Source of the DNA: a virus
Taxonomy: Duplodnaviria > Caudoviricetes
Virus record (IMG/VR): IMGVR_UViG_3300028591_000096
DNA: 64,000 nucleotides
Strand: one strand, 5' to 3'
Under the pieces are notes generated by a model. The model was not told the origin of the DNA. It did no database searches and saw only the letters and a list, made by a program, of their open reading frames with translations. Of the stretch, positions 28,494-39,087 are shown piece after piece. The position numbers and the translations under genes were made by a program. Every line of letters begins with the position of its first letter. Position 1 is the first letter of the stretch.

Positions 28494-30686
28494 TTACATA
28501 TTCAGGCCCATTTGCCATGTATTTACATAATATGATGACACGGTTTGATGTGACATTAAAGTGTCTGTTGGTATCAATGATTTCATATTTTGTGTTGATC
28601 CATTATATATTACACCTTTATTTCTGAGTGGTGAATGTTCTGTTTTTGCTATAAATCTTGTTCCTCCTCCGAAATATGTATTTCTAACTTCATCATAAAC
28701 TTTACGTCCTTCTTCCGTATTTACATATCCAGTATTTTCATCAACTTTTGTCTCTCCATCCGCAGATGATCTAAAATTCTTTGGTAGTGTATATATTCTA
28801 CCAAAACCTCTGTTGAACATAGATTCGATAGCATCCCTGTCTCTACCTAATCCATGATCAAGTGTTATATCCGCTGTAAATCCTATAGGAAAATCGTCTG
28901 GTCCAAGTTCATTACTCCAGTTGAACTTAACATCTTTAACAATAAGATTTCCTATCATCGCTATAGGGTTGAGAGGGTTTCCAATTGTTAGATGCCAATC
29001 GCCAACAGGTTCACCAGTTAGAAGTGCTCTTTGACCCTCTATATATGGAACAGTCATACCTTTCATTGCTTTAGCGGCTATAACTTTTTGTATAGCCTTT
29101 GCTGTACCAGTACCAAGAACGTTTTGAAATTCTACTGCCGCTTTTTCTGTTTTTTCGTCTCTACCAGTTATTAAACCATATACTGCATCAATAGCACCTT
29201 TAAAAAGATTTGATATGAACTTAGCTGCATCTGGTAGGAAAGATGCAAGATAATCTTTACCATCAGAAAATACATGCTTTGTCAGTGTCATTACTGCTCC
29301 TTTTTTACCAAAAATCTCACCACGATAAAGTTTATTCATCGCATCTCCATATTTCCACGGATATACAGCTGGTCCAGAACATCTATATTTCCACATTCCT
29401 CCAAACCACGACCCAGACGAATATGTCAGTATAAGAATATTTGACATAAGATCGAGCAATACGGCTTTATTGTTTATACCAGCAATAGGTCTTGCAATAT
29501 AATCGAATTTAATTTTCAATCCGTCCTGTTTAAATTCAAGCCCTCTTTCTCTTCTCCATGTATTTGTTATGACATTAATTGGTCCAAGAATTCTGTTTGC
29601 ATATGGTCCATCTTTATAAGGATCTGGTGGAAGACTATTTGGCGCCCCGTCAAGATTTATAGTTTTTCCTCCAGAGACTTCACCTAAGAATCCCATGAAT
29701 TTAGCTATGACTCCGAGACCACTTGATATTCCATTAAAAGTATCATTTACAAGTTCATTTCCAGAATCATTTTGTTTCGAAGTTATTTCAGTTGGGTGTT
29801 GTTCATTATTTTTTAATTCTGTCCATCTATAATTAGCACTGAATGACATTATATCTGATAAATTATTTCCAGTTCCATCTCCAAAATATGTCACTGCTGT
29901 CGCAAGAGGTGTCCAGGGATTAATACTGTTTCTACCAGAATATTTTTTAACAACATTTCTACCATTTTCTTCTACAGTTACCTGATACATTCCGCTATTA
30001 TCTCCGCTAGAGGCAGCTTCACTTACAACATAGTCTGCAAATTCTATATTGTCTGTAACAGGTGCAGCATAACGTCTAAGTGTTATCATTCTGTTATTTT
30101 CTATCTTGTTCCACCATTTACAGAAAATGAAATCTTGGAAAGAATATGGCGTTTTTCCTCTCTCTGATTCATTGCCCCATTTTATAAGAGTTGTAGTTGT
30201 TGGGTTTTTTGAATAATTTCCAGCATATGTTGAATTACCATCAATTTCATAGAATCTTCTTTTATTGTAATGGTCATATGTTAAGAATTGATTAACAACA
30301 TTTGGAGCACCATGTGCACCAGCAAGCTTAACAAGAGCATAAGGATGAATAAATGAACGAGCTGCAAGATATTTGTTTTCGTTTACTTTGATAAACTTTT
30401 CAATAAATTCTTTTCTTTGCCGAAGACCTTGTTTAACCTTTGGTTGTTCGGTTTCATTAGTTTCTTCGATCATTCTTTCGACAGATGTCGGCGTTTCATG
30501 GAAGTCCATGACATATGATCCATAGTCGAAATGAGGGTAGAATAATTGACTGAAATCATGATTATCTTTCATATGTTCATTATACAGGACAAGATTTCGA
30601 TACAATCGCGCATCGAATAGATTCATTCTTCCATCGTTGATGAATTTTTCTTGTTCTCTTGAAATATCTATATTTGAATCTGCCAT
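28494..30686 (-). CDS. Baseplate tube-initiator-like protein (gp48/gp54-type)
   Basis: C-terminal WHLTIGNP..PI.MIGNLIVKDV...GPDDFP..FTADITL tube-type segment. Confidence 0.45.
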   Translation of the reverse strand: MADSNIDISREQEKFINDGRMNLFDARLYRNLVLYNEHMKDNHDFSQLFYPHFDYGSYVMDFHETPTSVERMIEETNETEQPKVKQGLRQRKEFIEKFIKVNENKYLAARSFIHPYALVKLAGAHGAPNVVNQFLTYDHYNKRRFYEIDGNSTYAGNYSKNPTTTTLIKWGNESERGKTPYSFQDFIFCKWWNKIENNRMITLRRYAAPVTDNIEFADYVVSEAASSGDNSGMYQVTVEENGRNVVKKYSGRNSINPWTPLATAVTYFGDGTGNNLSDIMSFSANYRWTELKNNEQHPTEITSKQNDSGNELVNDTFNGISSGLGVIAKFMGFLGEVSGGKTINLDGAPNSLPPDPYKDGPYANRILGPINVITNTWRRERGLEFKQDGLKIKFDYIARPIAGINNKAVLLDLMSNILILTYSSGSWFGGMWKYRCSGPAVYPWKYGDAMNKLYRGEIFGKKGAVMTLTKHVFSDGKDYLASFLPDAAKFISNLFKGAIDAVYGLITGRDEKTEKAAVEFQNVLGTGTAKAIQKVIAAKAMKGMTVPYIEGQRALLTGEPVGDWHLTIGNPLNPIAMIGNLIVKDVKFNWSNELGPDDFPIGFTADITLDHGLGRDRDAIESMFNRGFGRIYTLPKNFRSSADGETKVDENTGYVNTEEGRKVYDEVRNTYFGGGTRFIAKTEHSPLRNKGVIYNGSTQNMKSLIPTDTLMSHQTVSSYYVNTWQMGLNM

Positions 30687-32224
30687 TATCTTTGTCTACC
30701 CTTATATTCTTTATTCAGATAAGTATCAGCACTATCGTTAATTATAGCATTATGATCATTTCTGATATTATATGATACTAAATCCGTCAATTGTTTATCT
30801 ATTTCTTTATTAAACGAATTATACAGTCTGATATTTGTAATATTACCATTAGATGAATTAATATAGTAATTTTCTATTTCGACAGATTCGTATATTTCGT
30901 TTGCAATATTATCAACAGATGATATTCTTGTAAGTTTACCATCAACAGTTGTATATAAATCAACACTAAAGTTATCACCGAAATTAATAATAACACCATA
31001 CCATTTATCTGTTTTGATCTCTTCGGATGAAGGTATAAGTACTTCCTCTTCAGATGTTGATATTGAAATCATATTCAATCCCTTAACAGATATATTGAAC
31101 ACGTCACTATTTAACAATCCTATAACACTATCTGATGTTATAGCATATCCTGGCATGTTTTTCCATTGTGGTACTGTTTTATTAAGTTTTGTTATAAGAT
31201 CTCCATTAACTTTTATTCTGGATTTGCTTATAACGACACCAGGAATAACTATTGATCCTCTCTTTATAACAATATTTTCATTTTCATCAAATTTATTTCC
31301 TACTGATGTGTCTATGAAATATTCTCCACTTTCTTTAGATACAACTATAGATTCCTTGATATTCTTTATTGCTGTGTTCTTAATATCGTTAATTTTGAAC
31401 CAGCATGAAAGACATCTTTCATTTTCTGTTGATATAATGTCTGATCTCTTATATTCAACAATGTGTCTTACTGGTGAATCGAGGTTGTAATGATTCCTAG
31501 CAACAGTATGTCCGTCTATAACAAGATCCTCAGATATAATTGTTCTAGCATCAAGCGTTATAGAATCACTTGTGTTTGTTGGTGTAACCTTCTTATGTTT
31601 ATCCTTTGATGTTGAATCAAACAATGATAACTGATTATCGTCAACAATATCCTCAACATTCTTATGTATATCATCTCCGAATTTTTCCATAAGATTTGTT
31701 GTGTTATTCTCAATGCTTTCTCTGAGTTGTTCTCCAACAATTCTGTTTCTTGTCGGTGTGTATATTGAAAGATTAACTTTATATGATGTTAGTTGTCCTA
31801 CAAATTGCTTAAATGGTTGCATACTTACAACCTCCATTAACTTTCTTGTCATTGGTATGAAAACGATGTCACCCTTTTGAGGGATTGTTCCGTCGTTACC
31901 AGTAGCTTCATTCCAAATGCGTATTGGTATATCAAGAGTCATAGGTACATTAAAATTAATACCCATGATGTTATAAGTTATAGCAGCATCATCATAGCTA
32001 TTATCTGAATACATAGCCTTAAATGTTATAGGACAGTCTTCTACACCATATAGTGTATAAGATTGAAATATAACGTCCTGTGAACGTTTATCTGGTTGTA
32101 GCCTGAACCACATAACATCAACACCAGCTACTTGTGTAGCTGCTAAATTAAGATCACCTAAAATATCCTTAACGAATTTTTTTGCGGCCTCTTGTAATGA
32201 TGCGACATCATTTACTACTAACAT
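30686..32224 (-). CDS. gp14-like neck protein with C-terminal LamG-like domain
   Basis: PQKGDIVFIPMTRKLMEVV pattern; C-terminal SCWFK...KWYGVII...ITNIRLYN. Confidence 0.55.
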   Translation of the reverse strand: MLVVNDVASLQEAAKKFVKDILGDLNLAATQVAGVDVMWFRLQPDKRSQDVIFQSYTLYGVEDCPITFKAMYSDNSYDDAAITYNIMGINFNVPMTLDIPIRIWNEATGNDGTIPQKGDIVFIPMTRKLMEVVSMQPFKQFVGQLTSYKVNLSIYTPTRNRIVGEQLRESIENNTTNLMEKFGDDIHKNVEDIVDDNQLSLFDSTSKDKHKKVTPTNTSDSITLDARTIISEDLVIDGHTVARNHYNLDSPVRHIVEYKRSDIISTENERCLSCWFKINDIKNTAIKNIKESIVVSKESGEYFIDTSVGNKFDENENIVIKRGSIVIPGVVISKSRIKVNGDLITKLNKTVPQWKNMPGYAITSDSVIGLLNSDVFNISVKGLNMISISTSEEEVLIPSSEEIKTDKWYGVIINFGDNFSVDLYTTVDGKLTRISSVDNIANEIYESVEIENYYINSSNGNITNIRLYNSFNKEIDKQLTDLVSYNIRNDHNAIINDSADTYLNKEYKGRQR

Positions 32225-32243
32225 TATCTGTAATTTCTTTCAC

Positions 32244-32252
32244 TATTTATCT
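32244..32252 (-). promoter_or_regulatory. Putative late promoter AGATAAATA(GTGAAA)
   Basis: Heads the neck/baseplate operon. Confidence 0.75.
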
Positions 32253-32308
32253 AATATAAAGCATTTCTGTCATTTTTGGATATGTACTATTTCCTGTGTT
32301 AAAAAATT

Positions 32309-32335
32309 GTTGTATATTTGCAATTGAGATAAATA
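32309..32335 (+). promoter_or_regulatory. Bacteroidota-type -7 element GTTGTATATTTGCAA followed by a late motif AGATAAATA (32327-32335), upstream of uvsW
   Basis: TATATTTG fits TAnnTTTG; the same 15-mer occurs at 58813 and 62305. Confidence 0.7.
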
Positions 32336-32364
32336 GTTAGAAAACAGAAAGAATTAAAGTAATA

Positions 32365-33936
32365 TTGCTTACAGCTAGATTAACAGAAGATAAGAATTGG
32401 ATACTTGTTGAAGGTGATATCATTGAGGTTAGGCAACTTAGGTTGTGTTTCACAAAAAAGATACCATCTTGGTTTATTATAAAGAGCAAGAATCCTAATG
32501 CCGTAGTTGAGGAGAATTTTATGAACAACTTCGGACTTATTCCTGTTGGGTTATGGATAGAACTTATAAATTCATGTAAAAGATTTGGATATCAGATATC
32601 ATTTATTGATGATTTTGATAGGAAAATAAGAAATCCAAATATATCATATGAAACGTTTAACGAATATATAAAAAGACTTTTTCAGAATTCAAAACTCACA
32701 CCAAGAGATTATCAGATTGATGGTGTATATAAAATGATTGAATTCATGAGATGTTGTGTTGAGGTTTCAACTTCTGGTGGTAAAACACTTATGGCTTATA
32801 TGCTGTTTAGGTTTATGAAGGATTTTCTTCACTTTAACCACATATTATTCATAACACCAAAGACTAACCTTACTACACAATCAGCAAATAAATTTATAGA
32901 ATATGATAAGACGAATCAAATGCTTACTGATTGGACTTATTATGAGGTTCATGCTAAAGCCAAGAAAAAAGAATCTTACGATGAAAACATAATCTTTGGT
33001 AACTATCAATCACTTTGTAGAAAAAGTAATGAGTTCTTCGAAAAATTTGATGCTGTAATTATCGATGAGTGTCATCACGCAACATCACCAAGTATAAGAA
33101 AAATTGTAAGAAAGTGTGTTAATGCTCAGTATAAACTTGGTATGACAGGAACATTCCCAGATGATGATTCTTATGATAGTTTTGTTTTGTCATCATATGT
33201 TGGTCCTGTTGTATTTAGACTGCCAAGCTATGAGTTGATTGAAAACAAAAAATCAGCAACACCTGTTTATATCAATTCATTCTTCCTAAGATATCTTGAT
33301 TATGAAACTCTTGATGGTCTTTATAAAATACGTTCTGTGAGTAAATCAGATGATCCTACAATTGGAAACAGAATCCTTGCTAAAGAAAGAGAAATTGCAA
33401 GAGACAGTACATTAAGATTAGGCTACATTTGTGATATGATAGGTAAAACTACAAAGAACACACTTGTGATTTTTTCTGATGTTGAGAACGGATACGGAAA
33501 AAGAATATATGATAGAGTAAAAGAATCAACAGATAAAACATGTTTCTATATTGATGGTAACACGAATACATCTGTTCGGGATGAAATGAAACAGTCAATG
33601 GAAGATGATTTGACTGGAAACACTATTATCGTTGCATCTATGGGATGTTTCTCAGAGGGTATTGATATTGCAAATATGTGGAACATATTTCTTGTTGAAA
33701 CTACAAAATCTGATACGATACTTGCACAGATTCTAGGTCGTGGCATGCGTAAATTTGAAGGAAAAGACAAGACGATAATGATTGATTTTGTTGATGATTT
33801 CAGATTTGGTGGAGGCTATTATAATGAGAATTATCTGTTTAAACATGGAATGGAGAGAATAGAAATATATAATAAAAGAGGATTTCCATGTAATACATTT
33901 GGAATAAATCTTACGCAAAAAAGTCTATTCAATTAA
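32365..33936 (+). CDS. uvsW: UvsW-like SF2 helicase
   Basis: PRDYQ, STSGGKT, IIDECH, GMTGT, SEGIDI and QILGRGMR motifs. Confidence 0.9.
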   Translation: MLTARLTEDKNWILVEGDIIEVRQLRLCFTKKIPSWFIIKSKNPNAVVEENFMNNFGLIPVGLWIELINSCKRFGYQISFIDDFDRKIRNPNISYETFNEYIKRLFQNSKLTPRDYQIDGVYKMIEFMRCCVEVSTSGGKTLMAYMLFRFMKDFLHFNHILFITPKTNLTTQSANKFIEYDKTNQMLTDWTYYEVHAKAKKKESYDENIIFGNYQSLCRKSNEFFEKFDAVIIDECHHATSPSIRKIVRKCVNAQYKLGMTGTFPDDDSYDSFVLSSYVGPVVFRLPSYELIENKKSATPVYINSFFLRYLDYETLDGLYKIRSVSKSDDPTIGNRILAKEREIARDSTLRLGYICDMIGKTTKNTLVIFSDVENGYGKRIYDRVKESTDKTCFYIDGNTNTSVRDEMKQSMEDDLTGNTIIVASMGCFSEGIDIANMWNIFLVETTKSDTILAQILGRGMRKFEGKDKTIMIDFVDDFRFGGGYYNENYLFKHGMERIEIYNKRGFPCNTFGINLTQKSLFN

Positions 33937-33946
33937 ACTCTTTCTA

Positions 33947-33955
33947 AGATAAATA
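33947..33955 (+). promoter_or_regulatory. Putative late promoter AGATAAATA
   Basis: 28 bp upstream of the Dps-like gene. Confidence 0.65.
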
Positions 33956-33983
33956 CTAAAAAACGATTTTTGGTTTTCATTGT

Positions 33984-34490
33984 ATGAAAAGAATACATAG
34001 ACAAGATAGAATGCTTCTTGAAAGCCTTGAAGACAAATATGGTACAGATGCAATTGCTACGGCTATAATGGCTATCGCAAATAAGCAAAATAATATAGAA
34101 GAAGAAACGATTACACCACAAGAGGCTGTTCTTGATTTTATAAAATATATCGAGGGTGTAAGAATTAGATTAAGGGAACTTCATTGGGTTGCAGAAAGAA
34201 ATTCAAAGCATTTGCTAACTGATGATATTATTTCCTCTCTTGAAGAATTTGAAGATAATGTTGCTGAAGATCTGATGGGTATTTGTGGTTTTAGAATACA
34301 AGTTGGTGCTATTGTACCTACAATGACAAATCAGGTTGAACTTAGTCCTCTTCTTTGTGAACTTCATGAGGCCGTTGTTCAATTATGTGCTTGCCTTGAG
34401 AATGATAAACTTTATGGTGGTATCGTAAATGAGCTTGAGGATCTTATGCATGATATAGGAAAATGGAAATATCTTGCAACTTTTAAATAA
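33984..34490 (+). CDS. Dps/ferritin-like protein with N-terminal leader
   Basis: LRELHW...H...DD....LEEFED.VAE...KWKY ferroxidase-type pattern. Confidence 0.75.
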   Translation: MKRIHRQDRMLLESLEDKYGTDAIATAIMAIANKQNNIEEETITPQEAVLDFIKYIEGVRIRLRELHWVAERNSKHLLTDDIISSLEEFEDNVAEDLMGICGFRIQVGAIVPTMTNQVELSPLLCELHEAVVQLCACLENDKLYGGIVNELEDLMHDIGKWKYLATFK

Positions 34491-34512
34491 ACAATATAAT
34501 ATTTTTTATATG

Positions 34513-34541
34513 AGGATGTAACTTTTGTTACATCCTTTTTT
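34513..34541 (+). terminator. Intrinsic terminator
   Basis: aggatgtaac-tttt-gttacatcct followed by a T-run. Confidence 0.85.
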
Positions 34542-34570
34542 AATCGTTTTTATATTGTAGTAGTATAATA
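34540..34570 (+). promoter_or_regulatory. Bipartite motif TTAATC-N16-AGTATAATA
   Basis: Same spacing as the other four copies; heads the glycosyltransferase operon. Confidence 0.7.
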
Positions 34571-34599
34571 TTATAAAGGAAAACTTATTTTTAATAGAT

Positions 34600-34788
34600 A
34601 TGTTTAATGATGATCAGAATGATGTTTTATACGCTGATATAGAAATTGATAGCAACGACTTCTTCGTTATCACACCAGAAGGAAATTATTTTAATTTCCC
34701 AGCAGATAAATTTAATGAAAATAGTGACGATTTTACGATAGTTGATACAAAATCACATAAACCATATACAGTAAAGTTTCACGATTAA
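34600..34788 (+). CDS. Small acidic hypothetical protein
   Basis: 62 aa, directly after the promoter motif. Confidence 0.65.
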   Translation: MFNDDQNDVLYADIEIDSNDFFVITPEGNYFNFPADKFNENSDDFTIVDTKSHKPYTVKFHD

Positions 34789-34803
34789 ATACATTAATAA
34801 GTA

Positions 34804-35658
34804 ATGAGTAAAATCACAAAGCTTGGATATGGAGTTATAGTATTCGATGATGTGTGTCATTTGAGAAATATGCTTACAGAGGTTCGTCCAAATTGTGACG
34901 AAATTGTAGTTTGTTTACAAAATGAATCATATTATGGAATACCTATTAACCCTAAAGTTATAGATCATGTGAAATCCCTTGTTGAAGGAAAACTTGTGGA
35001 TGATGTTATCTGGTTTAATCCAACAGATATGCATGAAGATGAAGGAAATCATTCACCAAGATTCGTAGAAACCGATAAGAGAAACTTTATCCTGGATTAT
35101 TTAGAAAAAGAGAAAGGATGTTCTCATAGTATTGTTATAGATAGTGATGAGTTTTATGATGGAGAGGATTTTGCAAGAGCTAAAGAAATTATAGACAGGA
35201 CAGACAAGATAAAGATATCTTATTGTCAGTATATTAACTATTATAGAGATTACATACATCTTATGGTTTGGCCTTTCCTGTGTTATGTGCCTTTTATAAC
35301 GGAAAGTCACTATAGGTTTAATTTTAAACATGGAAGTTTTGATAAACCATCTGATCCAACAAGAAGATACATGATAACACAACAGGGTGAATTTTACAGT
35401 ATACTTAGTTTCAGTATAGTTAAGATGCATCATTTATCTTGGATTAGACAAGATATAAGATCTAAGATTGACAACTGGTCATCAAGAAAGTATTTTGACA
35501 ATGCTGTAGGATTAAGAGACAGAATACTTGATAGATATGATAATTATCAGGAAGGACAGAATGCTGTTATTATGTTTAATACGCCGAATTATGAAGTTGT
35601 TGTAAATAAATTACCTAAACAATACATTAACCCAAAGTACAATTTAACAGAAATATAA
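34804..35658 (+). CDS. GT-A fold glycosyltransferase (GT2-like)
   Basis: ETDKRN, IVIDSDEFY (DxD), MHHLSW.R motifs. Confidence 0.75.
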   Translation: MSKITKLGYGVIVFDDVCHLRNMLTEVRPNCDEIVVCLQNESYYGIPINPKVIDHVKSLVEGKLVDDVIWFNPTDMHEDEGNHSPRFVETDKRNFILDYLEKEKGCSHSIVIDSDEFYDGEDFARAKEIIDRTDKIKISYCQYINYYRDYIHLMVWPFLCYVPFITESHYRFNFKHGSFDKPSDPTRRYMITQQGEFYSILSFSIVKMHHLSWIRQDIRSKIDNWSSRKYFDNAVGLRDRILDRYDNYQEGQNAVIMFNTPNYEVVVNKLPKQYINPKYNLTEI

Positions 35659-35661
35659 AAT

Positions 35662-36627
35662 ATGAAAATTGCAATTATGGTGATGGCAGCTCATGCTGAA
35701 CCATCTACAAGAAATCTTGATGCTATACAGAATACACTTGTTAAGTATCAGAATGAGCATAAGGATAGATTTAAGAATGAATATGATTTTTATTTCTACT
35801 GGTCTGGAGGAGAAAATATGGATGATGAAGTGAAAATTTCGGATTCAACCAAATATTCTAATTTGAAATTTGTAGAAGTAAAAGAAGAGGAGAGCGTTTA
35901 TAGAACATTTGAAAAGTCAATTAAAGCTTTTGATTATATTCATAGGAATAATGAATACGATTGGTATGTTCGTATGAACATTTCAATGTGGCTTAATATT
36001 GATCTTCTTGATGCTGTTATATCTACATTCAAATCTAATAGTATGTATGGAAACGCATTGAACAGTTATGTGAATCTTAATTGTGCATATTGTGATGACT
36101 TATATGTTCGTGGTGATTTGATGATTTTTGACAAGAATGTGATGAATGGTATTCTTGATAATGCTATGAAATTCCTTTATAGTGATTGGAACATGAAACT
36201 TCGTGATGGGGTAGATCATGTTGATGATTGTCTTATAGGTTGTTGTTTCATCGATTATGTTGGTCCAGAATACTACAAATCGTTGTATATGCTGTCTTAT
36301 ACGTATTTGCCAGATTATGATGTTAGTGATGAGTTGAAGCCGCAAAAATACAATATAGGTACACGTGTAAAGACTGTTCCACCTACAGAAACATACTCTG
36401 GATATTCCTGGGATGATAATGAATGGAGAAAGAAGGATTGTGATAAGATGTTTAAACTTACTGAATATGTAGAGAAAAATCCATTCACATATATAGGACT
36501 TAAGATGAAAGATGTATTGGTTGATAAGAAAAATTCAAGACAGACGTTATTCATATCAGCAAGCGGACAAAATGTGTTTGACGTATTTCATAGATTTTTA
36601 GAGCAAAAAAGAAAGGTTGGAAAATAA
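35662..36627 (+). CDS. Putative glycosyltransferase (GT31/galactosyltransferase-like)
   Basis: EKSIKAF...YDWYVRMNIS...GDLMIF...VDDCLIG pattern. Confidence 0.6.
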   Translation: MKIAIMVMAAHAEPSTRNLDAIQNTLVKYQNEHKDRFKNEYDFYFYWSGGENMDDEVKISDSTKYSNLKFVEVKEEESVYRTFEKSIKAFDYIHRNNEYDWYVRMNISMWLNIDLLDAVISTFKSNSMYGNALNSYVNLNCAYCDDLYVRGDLMIFDKNVMNGILDNAMKFLYSDWNMKLRDGVDHVDDCLIGCCFIDYVGPEYYKSLYMLSYTYLPDYDVSDELKPQKYNIGTRVKTVPPTETYSGYSWDDNEWRKKDCDKMFKLTEYVEKNPFTYIGLKMKDVLVDKKNSRQTLFISASGQNVFDVFHRFLEQKRKVGK

Positions 36628-36639
36628 TTCCAACCTTTT
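36612..36639. terminator. Bidirectional terminator
   Basis: aaaggttggaa-aataa-ttccaaccttt between convergent operons. Confidence 0.8.
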
Positions 36640-36664
36640 ATCGTATCTTTGGTGAATGGGATAA

Positions 36665-38203
36665 TCAAAATCCTCCGAATAATCCTCCGAATTTTGGATA
36701 TTGACATACTGTAACTATCCATTGTGACATAGCTGAACTTCCAGCATTAGGTCCATATGATAACGTATTATCTGTAGTTGTATGTACAAAATATGCATAT
36801 CTTACAGATCTAGTTTTGTTTTCGCTTGTAGCTTTATATACTAATTTATGATTAACATTATCATATGCACAATTACACCAATTTCCTGAACCAGCATTTG
36901 TTTGAATTGTTATGTGTTCTACATAAATATTATCTTTAAATGTTCCACGACCATAAGCATACATTGAAATTATGTTGGTGTTTTGTCCAGAATGTTCAGT
37001 GCCAGCATATTTAGTAACAGGTGATGGATCATGTGTTATATCGTTAATATAACCTTCATTTATTTCGTTAGTTGGATTTGTTCCGTATATACTTGAATCA
37101 GCTTCAAGTACAGCTGTATTAAATGTAGACGACATGTCTCTCATGAATATTTTTTCTTTTGAGCCGTTTGTTCCGTCTACGTAAAGATACAGTAAGCATT
37201 TATAAGGATGCCCAGCATTGTACGCGTTCTTTAGAACATCTATTGGTATAAATGTTGTTGTTTTGTATGATTGTTCTCCTATACCATCCGAATAATCTTT
37301 TATTGTAACTTCAAAGTTATCTAACTTTTCATCATCAAAATTTTCAGAAACAACTTCTGGATTTTTTGGTAATGGTGATGCATGATTACATGTGTTACAT
37401 AATCTTGCCCACCATCCATTAATCCATGATATATCTGTTGTGTTTCCACAAATTGGACATTTTGAATATTCCTCTGTTGATCCTTTACATGAATAATTTG
37501 TTATATATCCTCTCAATGTACATTTTTCGCCTGTTGATGAATCATAATCATTTAATCCAGAATACAATTTTGGTGTTTGGAATTTTTTAGCTATTCTTGT
37601 ATCCATACCAGGTGATATCCAATCTGTTATAAATTCAATTTGTAGCTTATATTCACCTAATAGAAATGAGTTTAAAGATGTTACCAAAAATGTAAATCCA
37701 CAAACAGAGTTGACGTATAAAGAATTTGGATCTTTTTCTCCTATAAACCTAGCTTGATCTATATCTGACGTTTCTGATATTGCATATACGATACTGCTCT
37801 TAAATCCATGATATATTTGAGATATATTATTTACACATGTAACATTAAGTTCTATATTTGATATATCTGTTTCTTGTTCATGAGATTTTGATAACCGTGT
37901 GTCCCATATATTTGAAATGTTCACAATATATGCACCAGTTATTTTTTCTGTTATATACAGTAAATATGTGCTATTTGGTTCAGAATATACAATACAATCA
38001 CCAATATCTGGAGTGATTGAATTACCGTAAATATTTGATATTGTTACAGAACTATCATTTAATCTGAATGTTATAGGATCGGATATTGATTCTTCATTAT
38101 ATGTTCCATAAAATGTTACAGCGGCTCTTTTGCCAGAGTTACCAGTACCTCCTGGTATAAATGTAGATGTTGATCCACTTTTATTTATGATGTTTGCTGA
38201 CAT
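36665..38203 (-). CDS. Tail-fibre-like protein with Zn-ribbon insert and C-terminal BACON-like domain
   Basis: GxxGxxG N-terminus; CPICG...CNTC; C-terminal W.......N.....R.A....WIVTVCQ. Confidence 0.5.
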   Translation of the reverse strand: MSANIINKSGSTSTFIPGGTGNSGKRAAVTFYGTYNEESISDPITFRLNDSSVTISNIYGNSITPDIGDCIVYSEPNSTYLLYITEKITGAYIVNISNIWDTRLSKSHEQETDISNIELNVTCVNNISQIYHGFKSSIVYAISETSDIDQARFIGEKDPNSLYVNSVCGFTFLVTSLNSFLLGEYKLQIEFITDWISPGMDTRIAKKFQTPKLYSGLNDYDSSTGEKCTLRGYITNYSCKGSTEEYSKCPICGNTTDISWINGWWARLCNTCNHASPLPKNPEVVSENFDDEKLDNFEVTIKDYSDGIGEQSYKTTTFIPIDVLKNAYNAGHPYKCLLYLYVDGTNGSKEKIFMRDMSSTFNTAVLEADSSIYGTNPTNEINEGYINDITHDPSPVTKYAGTEHSGQNTNIISMYAYGRGTFKDNIYVEHITIQTNAGSGNWCNCAYDNVNHKLVYKATSENKTRSVRYAYFVHTTTDNTLSYGPNAGSSAMSQWIVTVCQYPKFGGLFGGF

Positions 38204-38204
38204 A

Positions 38205-39074
38205 TTATGATATTGTTATTTTCTTTATATATTCTTTATTGTTAACGTGGAATGATATATATCCAGAGCACATACATTTACTGTCTGATGTTGTAATGTT
38301 AGATTTTAAATAAACAGAGGTTGATGCGTCTTTTTCTTCATCATATGATGATATTGTTGATATATCCCACATTGTGCTTGTGTCTCTATGTCCAAATGGA
38401 TACAAATATCTGTTGTCTATAAATATGCTATTATTATAATTTTCTGATGTTATAACCTTTTCTATTCTAAGACCACTTATAAAGTTAAGAACAAATTTAC
38501 ACATGTGATTATCCATCTTATCTAAATATTTTGTGAAATTAGAAGGTGTGTCTAAACGTATGCTGTTTCCATAACATGAGCTGTCATTTGTATCTCTATG
38601 ATGATATAAAGGTGACGCACCATTCTCTATATAATTATAATCGTTTATAGCAGGAACAGGGTTAGAATCTATTTTGTATTCTATATTGATTTTATTATTG
38701 TTTTCCTCAAATATATCTTCACCTTCACCATCATCAGAAATTATTTTTATATATCCTATTTTTTTAATCGTACAGTTTGAAATATCATCTGAAATACTAC
38801 TATTATCTGAATTAGCTATTCTTAACATCATAGCATCTATTGTTATTATAACATCTCCTATTTTATAATTGATTACCTGACCTACACCATATTTTGGATT
38901 TGTCGATAACACTTTCTTCTGTTTTATAAGAAGTATCATGTCTTTAATACTATCTTCCGATGAATCAAATGAAGAATAATGAACAGAATATCCATCTTTA
39001 CCAGATGAACCAATGCTGCCTTGTGGAGCGTATCCACATATACCGTTTTGAAATTTATATAAGTTGTTCGACAT
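38205..39074 (-). CDS. Tail-fibre/baseplate-associated protein, paralogous to its neighbours
   Basis: GSIGSSGKDGYSVHY...GDVII N-terminal motif. Confidence 0.5.
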   Translation of the reverse strand: MSNNLYKFQNGICGYAPQGSIGSSGKDGYSVHYSSFDSSEDSIKDMILLIKQKKVLSTNPKYGVGQVINYKIGDVIITIDAMMLRIANSDNSSISDDISNCTIKKIGYIKIISDDGEGEDIFEENNNKINIEYKIDSNPVPAINDYNYIENGASPLYHHRDTNDSSCYGNSIRLDTPSNFTKYLDKMDNHMCKFVLNFISGLRIEKVITSENYNNSIFIDNRYLYPFGHRDTSTMWDISTISSYDEEKDASTSVYLKSNITTSDSKCMCSGYISFHVNNKEYIKKITIS

Positions 39075-39087
39075 TTTTTAATTCTTT

